Positions 1 to 12,914 of a DNA stretch of 64,000 nt are shown here, piece by piece (position 1 is the stretch's first letter; each line of letters starts with the position of its first letter). A program made the translations under genes and the position numbers. The DNA comes from Octopus sinensis (Eukaryota). Below the pieces are notes generated by a model. That model saw only the letters and a program-made list of their open reading frames with translations, did not search any database and was not told where the DNA came from. Where the stretch lies: NCBI RefSeq assembly GCF_006345805.1, contig NC_043001.1:119040001-119104000 (forward strand), in the 5' to 3' direction.

Positions 1-470
1 TTGTCTAATTGCTCTCCAATCTGCATTGAGAAGATTCATGCTGTCAAACTGATGGGTTCAGCTGAATTTGACTAGCTTTATGTTGCTATATTTGGAACTA
101 AAATTGCAGAGAAGTACGTCATGGTCAACCGGAAGAGTTTTCTTAACTGAGATGTTTTGGATAGCGCCAAAATGGTTTGATAATATTAGTTCCAAGATAT
201 TTTTGCTCTGTCTCATTGACCGAAGCACAAGTTGTGTTAGGAAAAATTCATCCATGAAGTTCAGTAACAATTCTGTAACTGCTTTGCCTGGGTTGAGATG
301 TTGTTTCCTGGTTTCAGGTTATTTGTAGGCAAATACGAACTGGAATAGTTGTCACAGATCAGTGATACGTTACCAGGATTTTATGTTTGGATAACGTCTT
401 GAATTGCTGAGGTACATTTCAAAGAATTGTAGAGGAGCATGATGAGGCATATAAGGAGCAACTATTTTAT
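1..470 (-). mobile_element. CR1/L2-type LINE ORF2 apurinic endonuclease remnant (runs off window edge)
   Basis: ORF 58-270 reads FMDEFFLTQLVLRSMRQSKNILELILSN...TLPVDHDVLLCNF, matching the endonuclease C-terminal pattern FLTQLVxxPTRxxNILDLVLTN...SDH; upstream frames are broken. Confidence 0.7.
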
Positions 471-569
471 ACAGCCTTATTCGACAAATGCGCGCGAGCG
501 TATACATACACATACACAAACACACACGCACACACATACACTTTCACGTATATACTTTCTCCACATCGA

Positions 570-735
570 GAGGCTACATCTCGGGTAGAATGATTAGAAT
601 GTCACGGGAGAGAATTGCAAGACTGATTCTTGAAGCCGAGCCAACTAGCAAGAGACCTAGGAGTAGACGGAGAACGAGGTGCTTGGATAATATCAATAGT
701 CTGAGTAGGTTACGCTGGGGAACCGGTATCTGTTT
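570..735 (+). mobile_element. RTE-clade LINE C-terminal remnant
   Basis: GRMIRMSRERIARLILEAEPTSKRPRSRRRTRCLDNI matches the RTE motif GHVxRMxxxRxxKxxLxxxPxGKRPRGRPRxRWxDxI. Confidence 0.7.
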
Positions 736-1160
736 TGGAGTATGGTGCTTATTCCATTTATATTTTTTAAACAGACCGCTGGGTAACGTGGACGTAAACA
801 AATCAACATCGGCTGCCAGCAGTGGAGACACTAACACGCACATACATACATACATACATACATACATACATACATACATACATACATACATACGCACACA
901 CATACCTACATACATACCTACATACATACATACATCCATTCATACATCCATATATACATCCATCCATCCATCCAAACAAAAACAAAGATCCATGCATGCA
1001 CACCTACACACCTATGTGCATACATACATTCTTACGAGTGTATATATATATATATATATTCCTTTTTTCTTTACTTTCCTGAGCGTTCAATAACACTATA
1101 CTTGTTGCACGTCCTCGCGTTGTTGTGTTTTCATGTTTGGATTAACTATATATATATATA

Positions 1161-1549
1161 TTGGATTGGAAGCACTCCGTCGGTTACGACGATGAGGGTT
1201 CCGGTTGATCCGATCAACGGAACAGCCTGCTCGTGAAATTAACGTGTAAGTGGCTGAGCACTCCACAGACACGTGTACCCTCAACGTAGTTCTCGGGGAT
1301 ATTCAGCGTGACACAGAGAGTGACAAGGCCGGCCCTTTGAAATACAGGTACAACAGAAACAGGAAGTAAGAGTGAGAGAAAGTTGTGGTGAAAGAGTACA
1401 GCAGGGATCACCACCATCCCCTGCCGGAGCCTCGTGGAACTTTAGGTGTTTTCGCTCAATAAACACTCAGAACGCCCGGTCTGGGAATCGAAACCGCGAT
1501 CCTATGACCGCGAGTCCGCTGCCCTAACCACTGGGCCATTGCTCCTCCA

Positions 1550-1550
<1 letters not shown>
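1161..1550 (-). mobile_element. tRNA-derived SINE, body A + tail 1
   Basis: Reverse complement begins GTGGAGGAGCAATGGCCCAGTGGTTAGGGCAGCGG (A box) and GGTTTCGATTCCC (B box); head and body are shared with 15889 and 58290, tail with 1760-1930 and 31620-31790. Confidence 0.85.
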
Positions 1551-1611
<61 letters not shown>

Positions 1612-1686
1612 ATATATATATTATATAATATAATATATGTATGTATATTATATGTATGTTTATTATATATATATATATATATATTA

Positions 1687-1725
<39 letters not shown>

Positions 1726-1759
1726 TCTCTGTGTGCGAGTGTGTGTAAAACTGACAGTC

Positions 1760-2060
1760 CATAGGTTAAAAAGACGAGAGTTTCAGTTGATTCGATCAAT
1801 GGAATAACCTGTTTGCGAAGTTAGCGTGCTACTGGCTGAGGATGCCGCAGACACGCATACCCTTATCGGAGTTCTCAGGAAAATTCAGACCGACACAGAA
1901 TGTGACACGCCTGGGCCTTTGAATTACGTGTACAACCTAATTTTTGCTGGCTGAGTGGACTGGAACAATGTGAAATAAAGTGTCTTGCTCAAGGATTCAA
2001 CGCGTTGCCAGGAATCGAATTCAAGACCGTGAGTCGAACACCCTCATCACAAAGCCACGC
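1760..2060 (-). mobile_element. CORE-type tRNA SINE + tail 1 (degenerate)
   Basis: CORE-like CCTTGAGCAAGACACTTTATTTCACATTGTTCCAGTCCACTCAGC on the minus strand, followed by the same tail as the 1161-1550 copy. Confidence 0.75.
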
Positions 2061-2230
2061 ACCGACACACACACGTATTTATATACGTACATATATTTAT
2101 ACACATACATATAATAAGTATTATATATAAATATATATATATATATATAAAATATATATAATATATATTATATATGTATATATTATATATATATAATATA
2201 TATTATTTTATATATATATATATATATATA

Positions 2231-2281
<51 letters not shown>

Positions 2282-2659
2282 TTCCATCTACCTATCTATC
2301 ACTCTCTCTTTCTCTCTCACTCTCTCTTTCTCTCTCACTCTCTTTATATATGTATATACAGAGAGAGAGAGCGAGAGAGAGAGACAGAGAGAGAGAGAAG
2401 AGATGGGAGAGATTCTTTGAATAAGTGATAGAAAATAAAAGAATGGCAGAAAAATAACGTAGATGAGTGATAGAAATGGAGTGGGTAGGTACCTAGATAA
2501 GGAGAGCAGAGAGTTGGTGAACGAGTGAGAGATTGAGAGAAATGAGGAGAGTGTTAGAGAAAGAAAAGGAGAGAGAAGGGATAGAGGGGGGGAGAGATGC
2601 ACAGAAAGAATAGGATTGTGAGATAAAAACAGGAGATGGTGATAAAGACCGACACATGA

Positions 2660-2700
<41 letters not shown>

Positions 2701-2757
2701 ACTGTGAAAGAGGGGAGATAATGCGAGGAAGCAAAAGTGTTAGAGGGTAAGATATAC

Positions 2758-2788
<31 letters not shown>

Positions 2789-2849
2789 AATATATATATA
2801 TAATATATATATATATATATCTATAAATATATATATATATCATATATAG

Positions 2850-2892
<43 letters not shown>

Positions 2893-3016
2893 TATATATA
2901 TATGCATATTATATTATATGCTATATAATATATATATATATATTTTATATATATATATATATATTATATATATATATATAATATTATATATATATATATA
3001 TATATATTAGATATAT

Positions 3017-3140
3017 ATGTGGTATAGTGGTTAGTATTCCTCGCTTTCACCCAGGCGGCCCGGGTTCGATTCCCGGCATGAGAACGCATGTTGAATGGCG
3101 TGGCCCAGCATGGCCACAGCTCGTGAGCTGAAACTAGATA
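3017..3140 (+). mobile_element. tRNA-Glu(TTC)-derived mini-SINE / tRNA pseudogene with CR1-type 3' tail
   Basis: TGGTATAGTGGTTAGTATTCCTCGCTTTCACCCAGGCGGCCCGGGTTCGATTCCCGGCATGAGAA aligns to tRNA-Glu with anticodon TTC; acceptor stem 5' strand is eroded, there is a C-C mismatch in the anticodon stem and no poly-T terminator; the tail matches 63466-63495. Confidence 0.75.
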
Positions 3141-3478
3141 AAATTTAAAAAAAAATGAAAAATACATATAATATATAAAGAGAGGGAGAGAGCGAGAGAC
3201 AGTGAGATACTGACAGAGAAAGATACGAGTGAGAGCAAGAAGAGGGTGATTTAGGCTTTTACAGTTCCATCCAAAATGTAGATTGCATTATTACATCGAC
3301 CACAGTACGTAACTGGTATTAAAAGTAGGGTAGAACTGCCAAATAAACACACGCACTTATTTGGCAAAAAAGTAAATAAATAAATAGAAAAATAAAAATA
3401 AAATTTTAAAAATACAACAATATCTGTTTCAATATATGATTTCATATCAGGATTCTTACAACACAAATTCATAAACGT

Positions 3479-3535
<57 letters not shown>

Positions 3536-3634
3536 AAGTAAGATAGGGGTTATGAGAGTAACCCACTAGGGATATCTGTTATCCAATATACTGCTGGTAT
3601 ATATATAATATATATCTATAGATATATATATATA

Positions 3635-3674
<40 letters not shown>

Positions 3675-4096
3675 CATACATACATACATACATCCAGACA
3701 CACAACAACATATATATATATATAGGAGAGAGAGAGAGAGAGAGGGGATAAATAGATAGGTAGACACATACCATACATAGGTACATACATACATACATAG
3801 TACATACATATACATACATACATACATACATACATATACATCACATACATACACATACATACACACACATACATACATACATAATACATACATACATACA
3901 TACATACATACATCCATACATACACACATACATACATGCATACATACATACATACATACATACATACATACATACATACATACATAAAAGACAGAAAGTG
4001 AGATAGGTATTTATTGAGTAAAAGAATACTGACTGAAAGTGCTGGAGATGAGAGAGGGGGAAGAGTGAGAGCTACAGTCGACAGAGTGAGAATACT

Positions 4097-4149
<53 letters not shown>

Positions 4150-4229
4150 AGAGAAGAGATACAGAGATCGGAGAAGGAGAATAGCATTGAGAGAGGAAAA
4201 AGAGGGAGGAGAGAGAAAGACATGGAATC

Positions 4230-4404
4230 TACGAGTAGATAGAGAGATAGGTAGATAGATAGATAGACAGATAGATAGATAGATAGAGAGATAGGTAGAT
4301 AGATAGATAGACAGATAGATAGATAGATAGATAGAGAGATAGGTAGATAGATAGATAGACAGATAGATAGATAGATAGAGAGATAGGTAGATAGATAGAT
4401 AGAC

Positions 4405-4451
<47 letters not shown>

Positions 4452-4507
4452 CAGATAGATAGATAGATAGAGAGATAGACAGATAGATAGATAGATAGAG
4501 AGATAGG

Positions 4508-4554
<47 letters not shown>

Positions 4555-4560
4555 AGAGAC
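4230..4560. repeat. (GATA)n array with ~44-bp higher-order unit
   Basis: Recurrent order (GATA)3-GACA-(GATA)3-4-GAGA-GATA-GGTA. Confidence 0.85.
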
Positions 4561-4629
4561 AGAGAGCGGGATAGAGAGGGATAGAATTAGAGACTTGGGA
4601 GAGAGAAAGACAGAATGAGAGAAGGGAGA

Positions 4630-5482
4630 TAAATAAGATAGATAGATAAATAGATTGATAGGTAGATAGATAGATATATCGATATGTAGATAGAGAATGT
4701 TGGTAGTGAGAGATAAAGAAAGATACAATGTATAAATGAAAGCAAGAAACAGCCCCCACCACTGTATATAATAATACTGTATTGGTGGCAAACAGGTTTT
4801 TTACTAATACACACACACACACACACCACACACATACATACACAAAGGCAAACACACACACACACAAACACACAAGCACACTCACACACACAAGCACACT
4901 CACACAGAGTCTCTGTCTGTCACACACTCTCTCTCTTTCTATCTCACACAGGCACACACACACAGACACACAGAGGCATATATATATAGATATATACATA
5001 TATGCACACACACATATATATATATGCACTTACACACACACGCATACGCATATGCATGTACGTACATAGGTATACACACACACATTCGTATACACACATA
5101 CTCAAAATGCATACACACACACATAAACATATACATACATACATGCATACATTCGTATACATACTATTTCACTGTTCCACCACTACTGCATATAAATATA
5201 CACGCTCACACACATAAACACATATAAAACAGGAACCAAACACACAGACACACACACCGATAAACACAAATACAGGCATATATAGCATATACACACAAGG
5301 TTGGTACCACATTCATCCATACACCGAAATACGCACAACACTCCACACAGAAGCATATATACATATACCCACATATACACCAACTCGCACTCCACACACA
5401 CACACGTCACATATACATCCCGTATACCACGTTCTCCCGTTTAACTAACAGAACGAGAGGAGGAGAAACGCTGTACATTTTC
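4630..5482 (+). repeat. Copy 1 of ~850-bp segment repeated across the gap
   Basis: Same unique anchors (GGTGGCAAACAGG, AAGGTTGGTACCAC, GAACGAGAGGAGGAGAAACGCTGTAC) recur at 5583-6430. Confidence 0.9.
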
Positions 5483-5582
5483 NNNNNNNNNNNNNNNNNN
5501 NNNNNNNNNNNNNNNNNNNNNNNNNNNNNNNNNNNNNNNNNNNNNNNNNNNNNNNNNNNNNNNNNNNNNNNNNNNNNNNNNN
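5483..5582. other. Assembly gap (100 N)
   Basis: Exactly 100 N, a typical fixed-size scaffolding gap. Confidence 0.99.
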
Positions 5583-6430
5583 AGATAGATAGATAAATAG
5601 ATTGATAGTAGATAGATAGATATATCGATATGTAGATAGAGAATGTTGGTAGTGAAGATAAAGAAAGATACAATGTATAAATGAAAGCAAGAAACAGCCC
5701 CCACCACTGTATATAATAATACTGTATTGGTGGCAAACAGGTTTTTTACTAATACACACACACACACACACACAACACACATACATACACAAGGCAAACA
5801 CAACACACACACAAACCCACAAGCCCACTCACACACACAAGCACACTCACACAGAGTCTCTGTCTGTCACACACTCTCTCTCCTCTTTCATCTCACACAG
5901 GCACACACACCAGACACACAGAGGCATATATATATAGATATATACATATATGCACACACACATATATATATATGCACTTACCCACACACGCATACGCATA
6001 TGCATGTACGTACATAGGTATACACACACACATTCGTATACACACATACTCAAAATGCATACACACACACACATAACATATACATACATACATGCAACAT
6101 TCGTATACTACTATTTCACTGTTCCCCCACTACTGCATATAAATATACACGCTCACCACATAAACACATATAAAACAGGAACCCAACACACAGACACACA
6201 CACCGATAAACACAAATACAGGCATAATAGCATATCACACAAGGTTGGTACCACATTCATCCATACACCGAATACGAACAAACACTCCACACAGAAGCAT
6301 ATATACATATACCCACATATACACACCAAACTCGCACTCCACACACACACACGTCACATATACATCCCGTATACCACGTTCTCCCGTTTAACTAACAGAA
6401 CGAGAGGAGGAGAAACGCTGTACAATTTTC
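5583..6430 (+). repeat. Copy 2 (indel-rich) of the gap-flanking segment; probable contig-overlap artefact
   Basis: Differs from copy 1 mostly by 1-2 bp indels. Confidence 0.85.
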
Positions 6431-7028
6431 GCTTGGATTTCACCACGGTCCGACCACAAAAAAAAATTTTGTTTATTTTTTTCCAAAGAAAAAAAAAAAA
6501 AGAATATGGGATGTATATGATTTCAGTAGGACCTTTTCGGAATGTTACATATTAGGGCTACTCCAATCAGAATAAATATAGGATTTTAAAAACCCTATAA
6601 ATAAGAAAAGAACGGCTAGAAGTACAGAGAAAGAAAAAAGAAAATAAATTAAAAAAAAAATAATAATAAAAGGAAAAAAAGACAAAAATAAAAGAAAAGG
6701 GTAGAATACATACATACATACATATATATATCTATTATATATTGTATATGTATACATAGATGTAACTACCCCTAAAAAAATCTTACCATAAATATAAAAA
6801 AAACCAACAAAAATATTTGATAAATCAACTAATCAACTAGCCTTGGATGGTAATTAATTGACTAATAATTAAGAAAGGAAGAGTAAAAAAACACAATAAT
6901 TATTGAAAAACAACAACACAGTATAATTATAATTAACCATCTGTTGGGCCTGAATTTGTTTTGATTAGTAAATCTGTATCTATATTCAATACTTAGTTAT
7001 ATATATACCCACACGTGTGTGGTGTGAG

Positions 7029-7094
<66 letters not shown>

Positions 7095-7278
7095 CATACA
7101 TATATATATATATATGTAATATAGTATTGTGTATGCATATCTATATATGTTGTACTGTACCCATATATAAACATATAAATTCATGTATAAAATATAATAT
7201 AAATAGTATAATTATACATACTAATATATGTGTGCAATATAAATCTCTGTTTTGGAGTCGTTTGAAAACTACTAGAAG

Positions 7279-7420
7279 GTAAGTACTTCGTCTATAATTA
7301 ATTAGTGTTTTATAAATTCTAACCTTATTAAAACAATCTAGTTGTAGGTTCGATTCTTGACTGGCGATAACTGACTTTTAATTTACACTTTTTACCTTTT
7401 TTCTCGTTCTTTTCTTCCAG
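7279..7420 (+). other. Candidate 142-nt GT-AG intron
   Basis: Donor GAAG|GTAAGT, CTGAC branch-like motif near 7372, ~40-nt pyrimidine tract ending TTCTTCCAG|; no flanking ORF. Confidence 0.45.
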
Positions 7421-8119
7421 GTTATTTCCACGTATACATAATTAATCTTCATTAGTTGCAAATTTGATTACTAACGATCATTATTCCCCTGTAATTTAAT
7501 TACCATTATCATTATTTCTTTTTTCTCCATTGACCGACATGAGCAGACAAAGCGCTCGTCTGGGAGCTGAGAAATGATCGAATTCCATTTTCCCCATTTT
7601 CGAATTTGAATTTCAGTTGATGACGACTTAGCAATATTTCTTTTTAATCTGCCAACTGACTGAAAAATATATATACCAGTAATATACCGCGGGTCTAGTG
7701 AAATCGGCGATGTTACGTCCCTTCGTCAATTGACCTTGTTCTTGAACACGACACATCACAATGAAATGCGCGTGTTTGCGTGCGCGTATATGTGTATGTG
7801 TGTGTATACATACATATATACATATATACACACACACATATATATATACACACGCATACACGCACAAACACATATGTTAGCTTATAGTTAATGTATGTGT
7901 GCGTATGCGTATTTTCTTCAGCTTATGAAAAAATATAACACATTCTACACTCTTGTATTGAGTTCTTCATAACTGGATATTTCACATAATTCTATGTGTG
8001 TGTGTGTATGTGAGTGTGTGTGTGTGTGTGGTTGTGTGTGTGTACATTATATATATATTAAATGCGTTAAATATATACTTATAGAATTGCGTTTTTCGTC
8101 AACATTCTTCGTTCGAGTC

Positions 8120-8245
8120 ACGCAGATTTTCAACTTTGTTTTTCATTTAACCGAGTTCGTAACATAAGTACCAGTCAAGTACTTGGCTCCATAGTATTGA
8201 CTAAACTCCCATTCCTGAAAATTGCTGGTCTTGTGCCGAAAATTA
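8120..8245 (+). mobile_element. Meta-like SINE fragment
   Basis: TAAGTACCAGTCAAGTACT...ATTGCTGGTCTTGTGCCGAAAATTAGAAACC is similar to copies at 9875, 15720 and 27506. Confidence 0.6.
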
Positions 8246-8315
8246 GAAACCATTTTATACGCATATATAATTATAATGTACTGGTGTGTGTGTGTGTGTG
8301 TGTGAGTATGTGTTT

Positions 8316-8565
<250 letters not shown>

Positions 8566-8567
8566 TG

Positions 8568-8625
<58 letters not shown>

Positions 8626-8727
8626 ATATATTCTTTAATTCTTTCACATTTTAGCCCTAAGGCTGTGACCATGCTGGAGTAATGCTAAATATATGAATTT
8701 TTATACGACTAGTTATATAAAATTATA

Positions 8728-8965
8728 GGCGCAGGTATGGTTGTGTGGTTAAGAAGCTCGCTTTGCAATCTCATAGTTCAGGGTTCAGTCCCACTTCGTG
8801 ATACCTTTGACTATTGACTTAAGATAGAGTTCCGGGTGGACCAATGCCTTTTGAGTGAGTTTTATAAGTAGAAACTGTGTGTAAGCCTGTTGTGTGTGTA
8901 CATACATACATACACACGTACATACAAAAATACATACATACAAACATGCACACACACACACACAC

Positions 8966-9021
<56 letters not shown>

Positions 9022-9038
9022 ATATACATATATATACC

Positions 9039-9072
<34 letters not shown>

Positions 9073-9397
9073 AATATACATACACATATATATATATCTT
9101 TATATATGTATATATATGTATATATATATATATGTATACACACACACACATACATATATATATGTATATATGTATGTATGTATGGATGTATATGTGCATT
9201 TTTATGTTTGTGCATGTTACTTTCCACCATTAGGTGAGCGGCGTTGGTTTGTTTACGTCCTAACTCTGCGGCGAAAGAGGCCGATTAAATAATTGTCAGA
9301 CTTGCGAAATAAATAGTGATGTCGATTTGTTCGACCAAATCCGTCATGTCGGTGCCCCAGCATGGTCGTCGCCCAATACCTAGTAAAAGAAAAAAAG
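8728..9397 (+). mobile_element. CORE-type SINE with expanded internal microsatellite and CR1-type tail
   Basis: tRNA-like head GGCGCAGGTATGGTTGTGTGGTTAAG...GGGTTCAGTCCC, internal (TA/CA)n, 3' GGTGCCCCAGCATGGTC; same family as 48515-48838. Confidence 0.7.
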
Positions 9398-9712
9398 TTA
9401 TATATATATATATATAATGTGTGTGTGCGTGTGCGTGTGTGTGTGTGTGTATGTGTGTGTATGCACACACATGTATGTGTATATTAGCAAGAACAATTAT
9501 CACAGGAGAGACAATGATACATTATGTAGTAATAACATAGAGACAATATTATGTGTGCGCGAGTGAATGTAGCCTCGGGTTGTATTTTGTTGCCCTTGAG
9601 GCAAGAACAGAGATTGAGAGAGAGAAAGAGAGAAAGAAAGAGGAGGAGAAGGAAAGGGCAGGGGCAAAGGAGAGTGAGAGTGGGTAGAGAGGGGTCGCAA
9701 CTGCTGTGTTCT

Positions 9713-9770
<58 letters not shown>

Positions 9771-9874
9771 TGTTTGTTTTTCCACCTGCCTTCGTCTTTT
9801 GTCTATTTTCATAAAGCTTCCCGTTATATATATATATATATATACATACATATAAAAATTAGGCACACACACAC

Positions 9875-10010
9875 ATTCCGCTGAGATCGACTTTGCTTTT
9901 CATCCTTTCGCAGTCGATAAAGTAAGTACCAGTTGAGTACTGGGGTCGGCGTAATGGACTTAGTTCCGCCCCCCCCCCGAAACTGCTGGCCTTGTGCCAA
10001 AATTTAAAAT
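9875..10010 (+). mobile_element. Meta-like SINE fragment
   Basis: GATCGACTTTGCTTTTCATCCTTTCGCAGTCGATAAAGTAAGTACCAGTTGAGTACTGGGGTC core. Confidence 0.7.
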
Positions 10011-11379
10011 GCATGTATGTATGTATTTATGTAAGTATTAGAGCGGGCAGTATTGATGTGAGGAGCAAGCGCCTGGGTGACTTTATTTTCTGGAGTGAGA
10101 AGTGAGAAGAATCGTAATTTTTCTGGGGATTTTCAGCGTTAGTTTTGGCAATGGTGTGTCTTGAAAAAATATACTCGTCTCAGAAAGAGCTGAATCGATT
10201 TCTGGTTCCATTTTCAGTTTTACTGAAATATGGTTTGGTCTTAACTTCTTTCTTGAATGACTGCCCGAATCCATCGTCCATTCTAAGACCACTACACAAT
10301 TGCTAGCAGCACCACCACCATCTGGAATGATTCCTAGCTTTGGGTCATGTCTCCTGTCTTGGGACAATTTTCTTCCTTTCTCCTATCAATCATGGATGTC
10401 TAAAAAAAAAATAGAAGGTTGTTTGTGCAAGACTTTACCTCGTTAAAAGATTATATGTATGTATGCTTATATATATATGTAATGTGTGTGCGCGCGTGTG
10501 TATACAATAGACAAATATATGTATGTATGCGTATATATATATAAATTAACACACACGCATATATGAATGAGTGTGTGTGTGTGCGCGCGCGCGTGGATGG
10601 TGCTAATGTGAGGGTTAATAAATTATTAATTCTTAAGACAGAGAACAACAAAATTGTTGAATGGAGGCCACACATTTAACAGACTTCTATGCGAAACTTG
10701 AAGTCGCAGTCAACACAATTTGTATAAAGTAATTTCTTTCTTTATATGTAAAAACCTGAGCGCTGCACAGTCGTTTTGAGAAGATGCTTTAAGGTCGAAA
10801 CAATTCAATTGTTCTTCTTCTGTAAGTTATTTATATAAAACGTGTGTATGAGCTTGTGTTCGAGTGTCTGTATGTGTGTGCATATGACAGAGCTACACAC
10901 AACGCACAAAAGACATTAGTACCTGGCATAGCGCAAATATTACGTAGAAATCAAAACAAAACACGTTCACAAAACACAGAGCTGTGCTCAATTGTACTTC
11001 AAAAGCACGCAATAGAAATAGAGACTGCTAAAAGAAGGATACTACGAGCAATTTTTGCATTTCAACTATGACATATATATTAGGGGATACAATATTTAAT
11101 CGATCCGAGAACATATTTTAAATTCATTAATATCTTTTTCATATGTCTTAAAGTAAGACAGCCAGTGTCCATGACCTTTTCCCAAGGAATCTGATTCTTG
11201 TTGTATGAAGGTATGATATTATCACCAGTCCAGAAATCTGACCCAGCTTTCAACAACGGCTAAAGTTTGCCTCGGTCTTACGGACTTATGAGACCAAAGC
11301 TTATGCAAATTTTCGAGACGATTAGGTGACTTCCGAACTGGAGTAATCTCGAACTAATCCGAACTGGAGTAATCTCCAG

Positions 11380-11525
11380 TTGTCGCTAAGTGGAGCTCAT
11401 TTTCAGTTGGAGAAATGTGAAATGAAGTGCATTGCTCAAGGATAATACCCACTGCCCTATTCGACGATCGCGAGCCAAGGATAATGCCCACCGCCTGAGG
11501 ATCGTGAGCCAAACAAACACTAGGC
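11380..11525 (-). mobile_element. Degenerate CORE-type SINE
   Basis: AAATGTGAAATGAAGTGCATTGCTCAAGG is the reverse complement of the CORE motif. Confidence 0.55.
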
Positions 11526-12429
11526 CACACATCTTCACTTTCATGAATGTGAAATCCACCAAATGCAAGACCAGGGTTAGATAGTGGGGATAGAAGACAG
11601 CGAAGTAAAATAATAATTAATAGAGCAGACATTGGCGGGATTTGAACGGAGCAGTTTAGAATGTAACAGAGACGAAGCAAAACAATCTGGCGAGGAGTTC
11701 AGCGTCGTTTGTTGTTGCTAGTGGTGTTATTGTCATCGTCGTCGTCGGCATTGTTGATCTTTTTCTTCTTTTTCACTGTTATTCTGATAATACTGTTTAC
11801 TTCCATCCATGTATGGCCCGAGTTCCAGTCTTACTTATATCAACTTTGCCTGTCAACCCTCCAGGGTCGGTAGCATTAGAACAAGTTGAGTACTGGGGTC
11901 AAACGATTCGATCCAATATGTGGTTGTCCCCTTTATATTATGCTCCTGCGGCATAAGATAAAGGAATCATCATCATCATCATCGTCGGTGTCGTCATCAT
12001 CATTGAGTTAACTTCTACGGAACGTGAGGGACAATGGTGAGAATGGCTACGTTAAAAGAACCTATTCTAACAGTGCAGCAATAGGTTGGTGGCAAAGATC
12101 TAGGAGTAGAAAGCATTTGTTTTTAATGTGTCAGAGTAATCGGGTTTTTATATGCTGTGTCCCAAATTTATCTAAACAATTCCCTCCATTTTGGAGATCG
12201 TTTCTGGTTAGTTTTCGTTTTTTTTTATTTCGTTGTAATTCATTTTTATTGCTCCGTGTTGTTATAACTGATTCCCCCATTTTTTTACTCGTTTTAAATC
12301 CGCCCCCCACCACGGGTTGTTTGTTTATTTTTATATGTGTGTTTCATTCTTGTACTATATTCAGCGTTTTCGGCCATTGTGGTAAAAAAAAAAAAAAACT
12401 TCCTCGGTTTTTAGTTACAGCATTTTAAG

Positions 12430-12710
12430 TTTTGAGTACTAATCCAGCTGAGGTTAACTTTGTCGTTCATCTATTTTAGGGTCGGAAATTTAAAATACCA
12501 GTCAAGTACGAGGGTAGATGTCATCAACTAATTTTATACCCCAAATTTCAGGCCCAGCGATTATATTAAAAACAAATGGCAGGGACTGTTAGAGTGCTGG
12601 AAAAAAATACTTTCTGCTGGTATTTGTTCCGGCTCTATACTTTCTGAGTTCAAATACCACCTAGGCCGGCTTTATTTTCTATCTCTCCGGAGTTGATAAA
12701 ATATTATGAC
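12430..12710 (+). mobile_element. Two degenerate Meta-like SINE fragments
   Basis: GAGGTTAACTTTGTCGTTCATC...AATACCAGTCAAGTAC and TTCTGAGTTCAAATACCAC...GTTGATAAAATA. Confidence 0.5.
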
Positions 12711-12914
12711 AATGGGGTAAAGTAAGTTGAAAAGCTATATTTGACGAAACTCTGTCTGGTGTGTGTCTCCAGTTCCTTAAGTTCATGTGCCACCATCGTC
12801 CATATTCACTTTATAGGTCTGTGGACGACACGACAGAGAGGCACCAGTAAATAACATCGTAGTTGTGGCGGCCTCGTAGTTTTCAATTAACAATAAAGTA
12901 CTACTGTACGCATT

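Noticed and set aside
3013-3084. Functional tRNA-Glu gene
   Set aside because: Acceptor stem broken, anticodon stem mismatch, no poly-T terminator, and a retroposon tail follows.
10083-10367. 94-aa minus-strand ORF in unique sequence
   Set aside because: Non-ATG start, no recognisable domain, no matching donor; the strong upstream acceptor leads into short frames.
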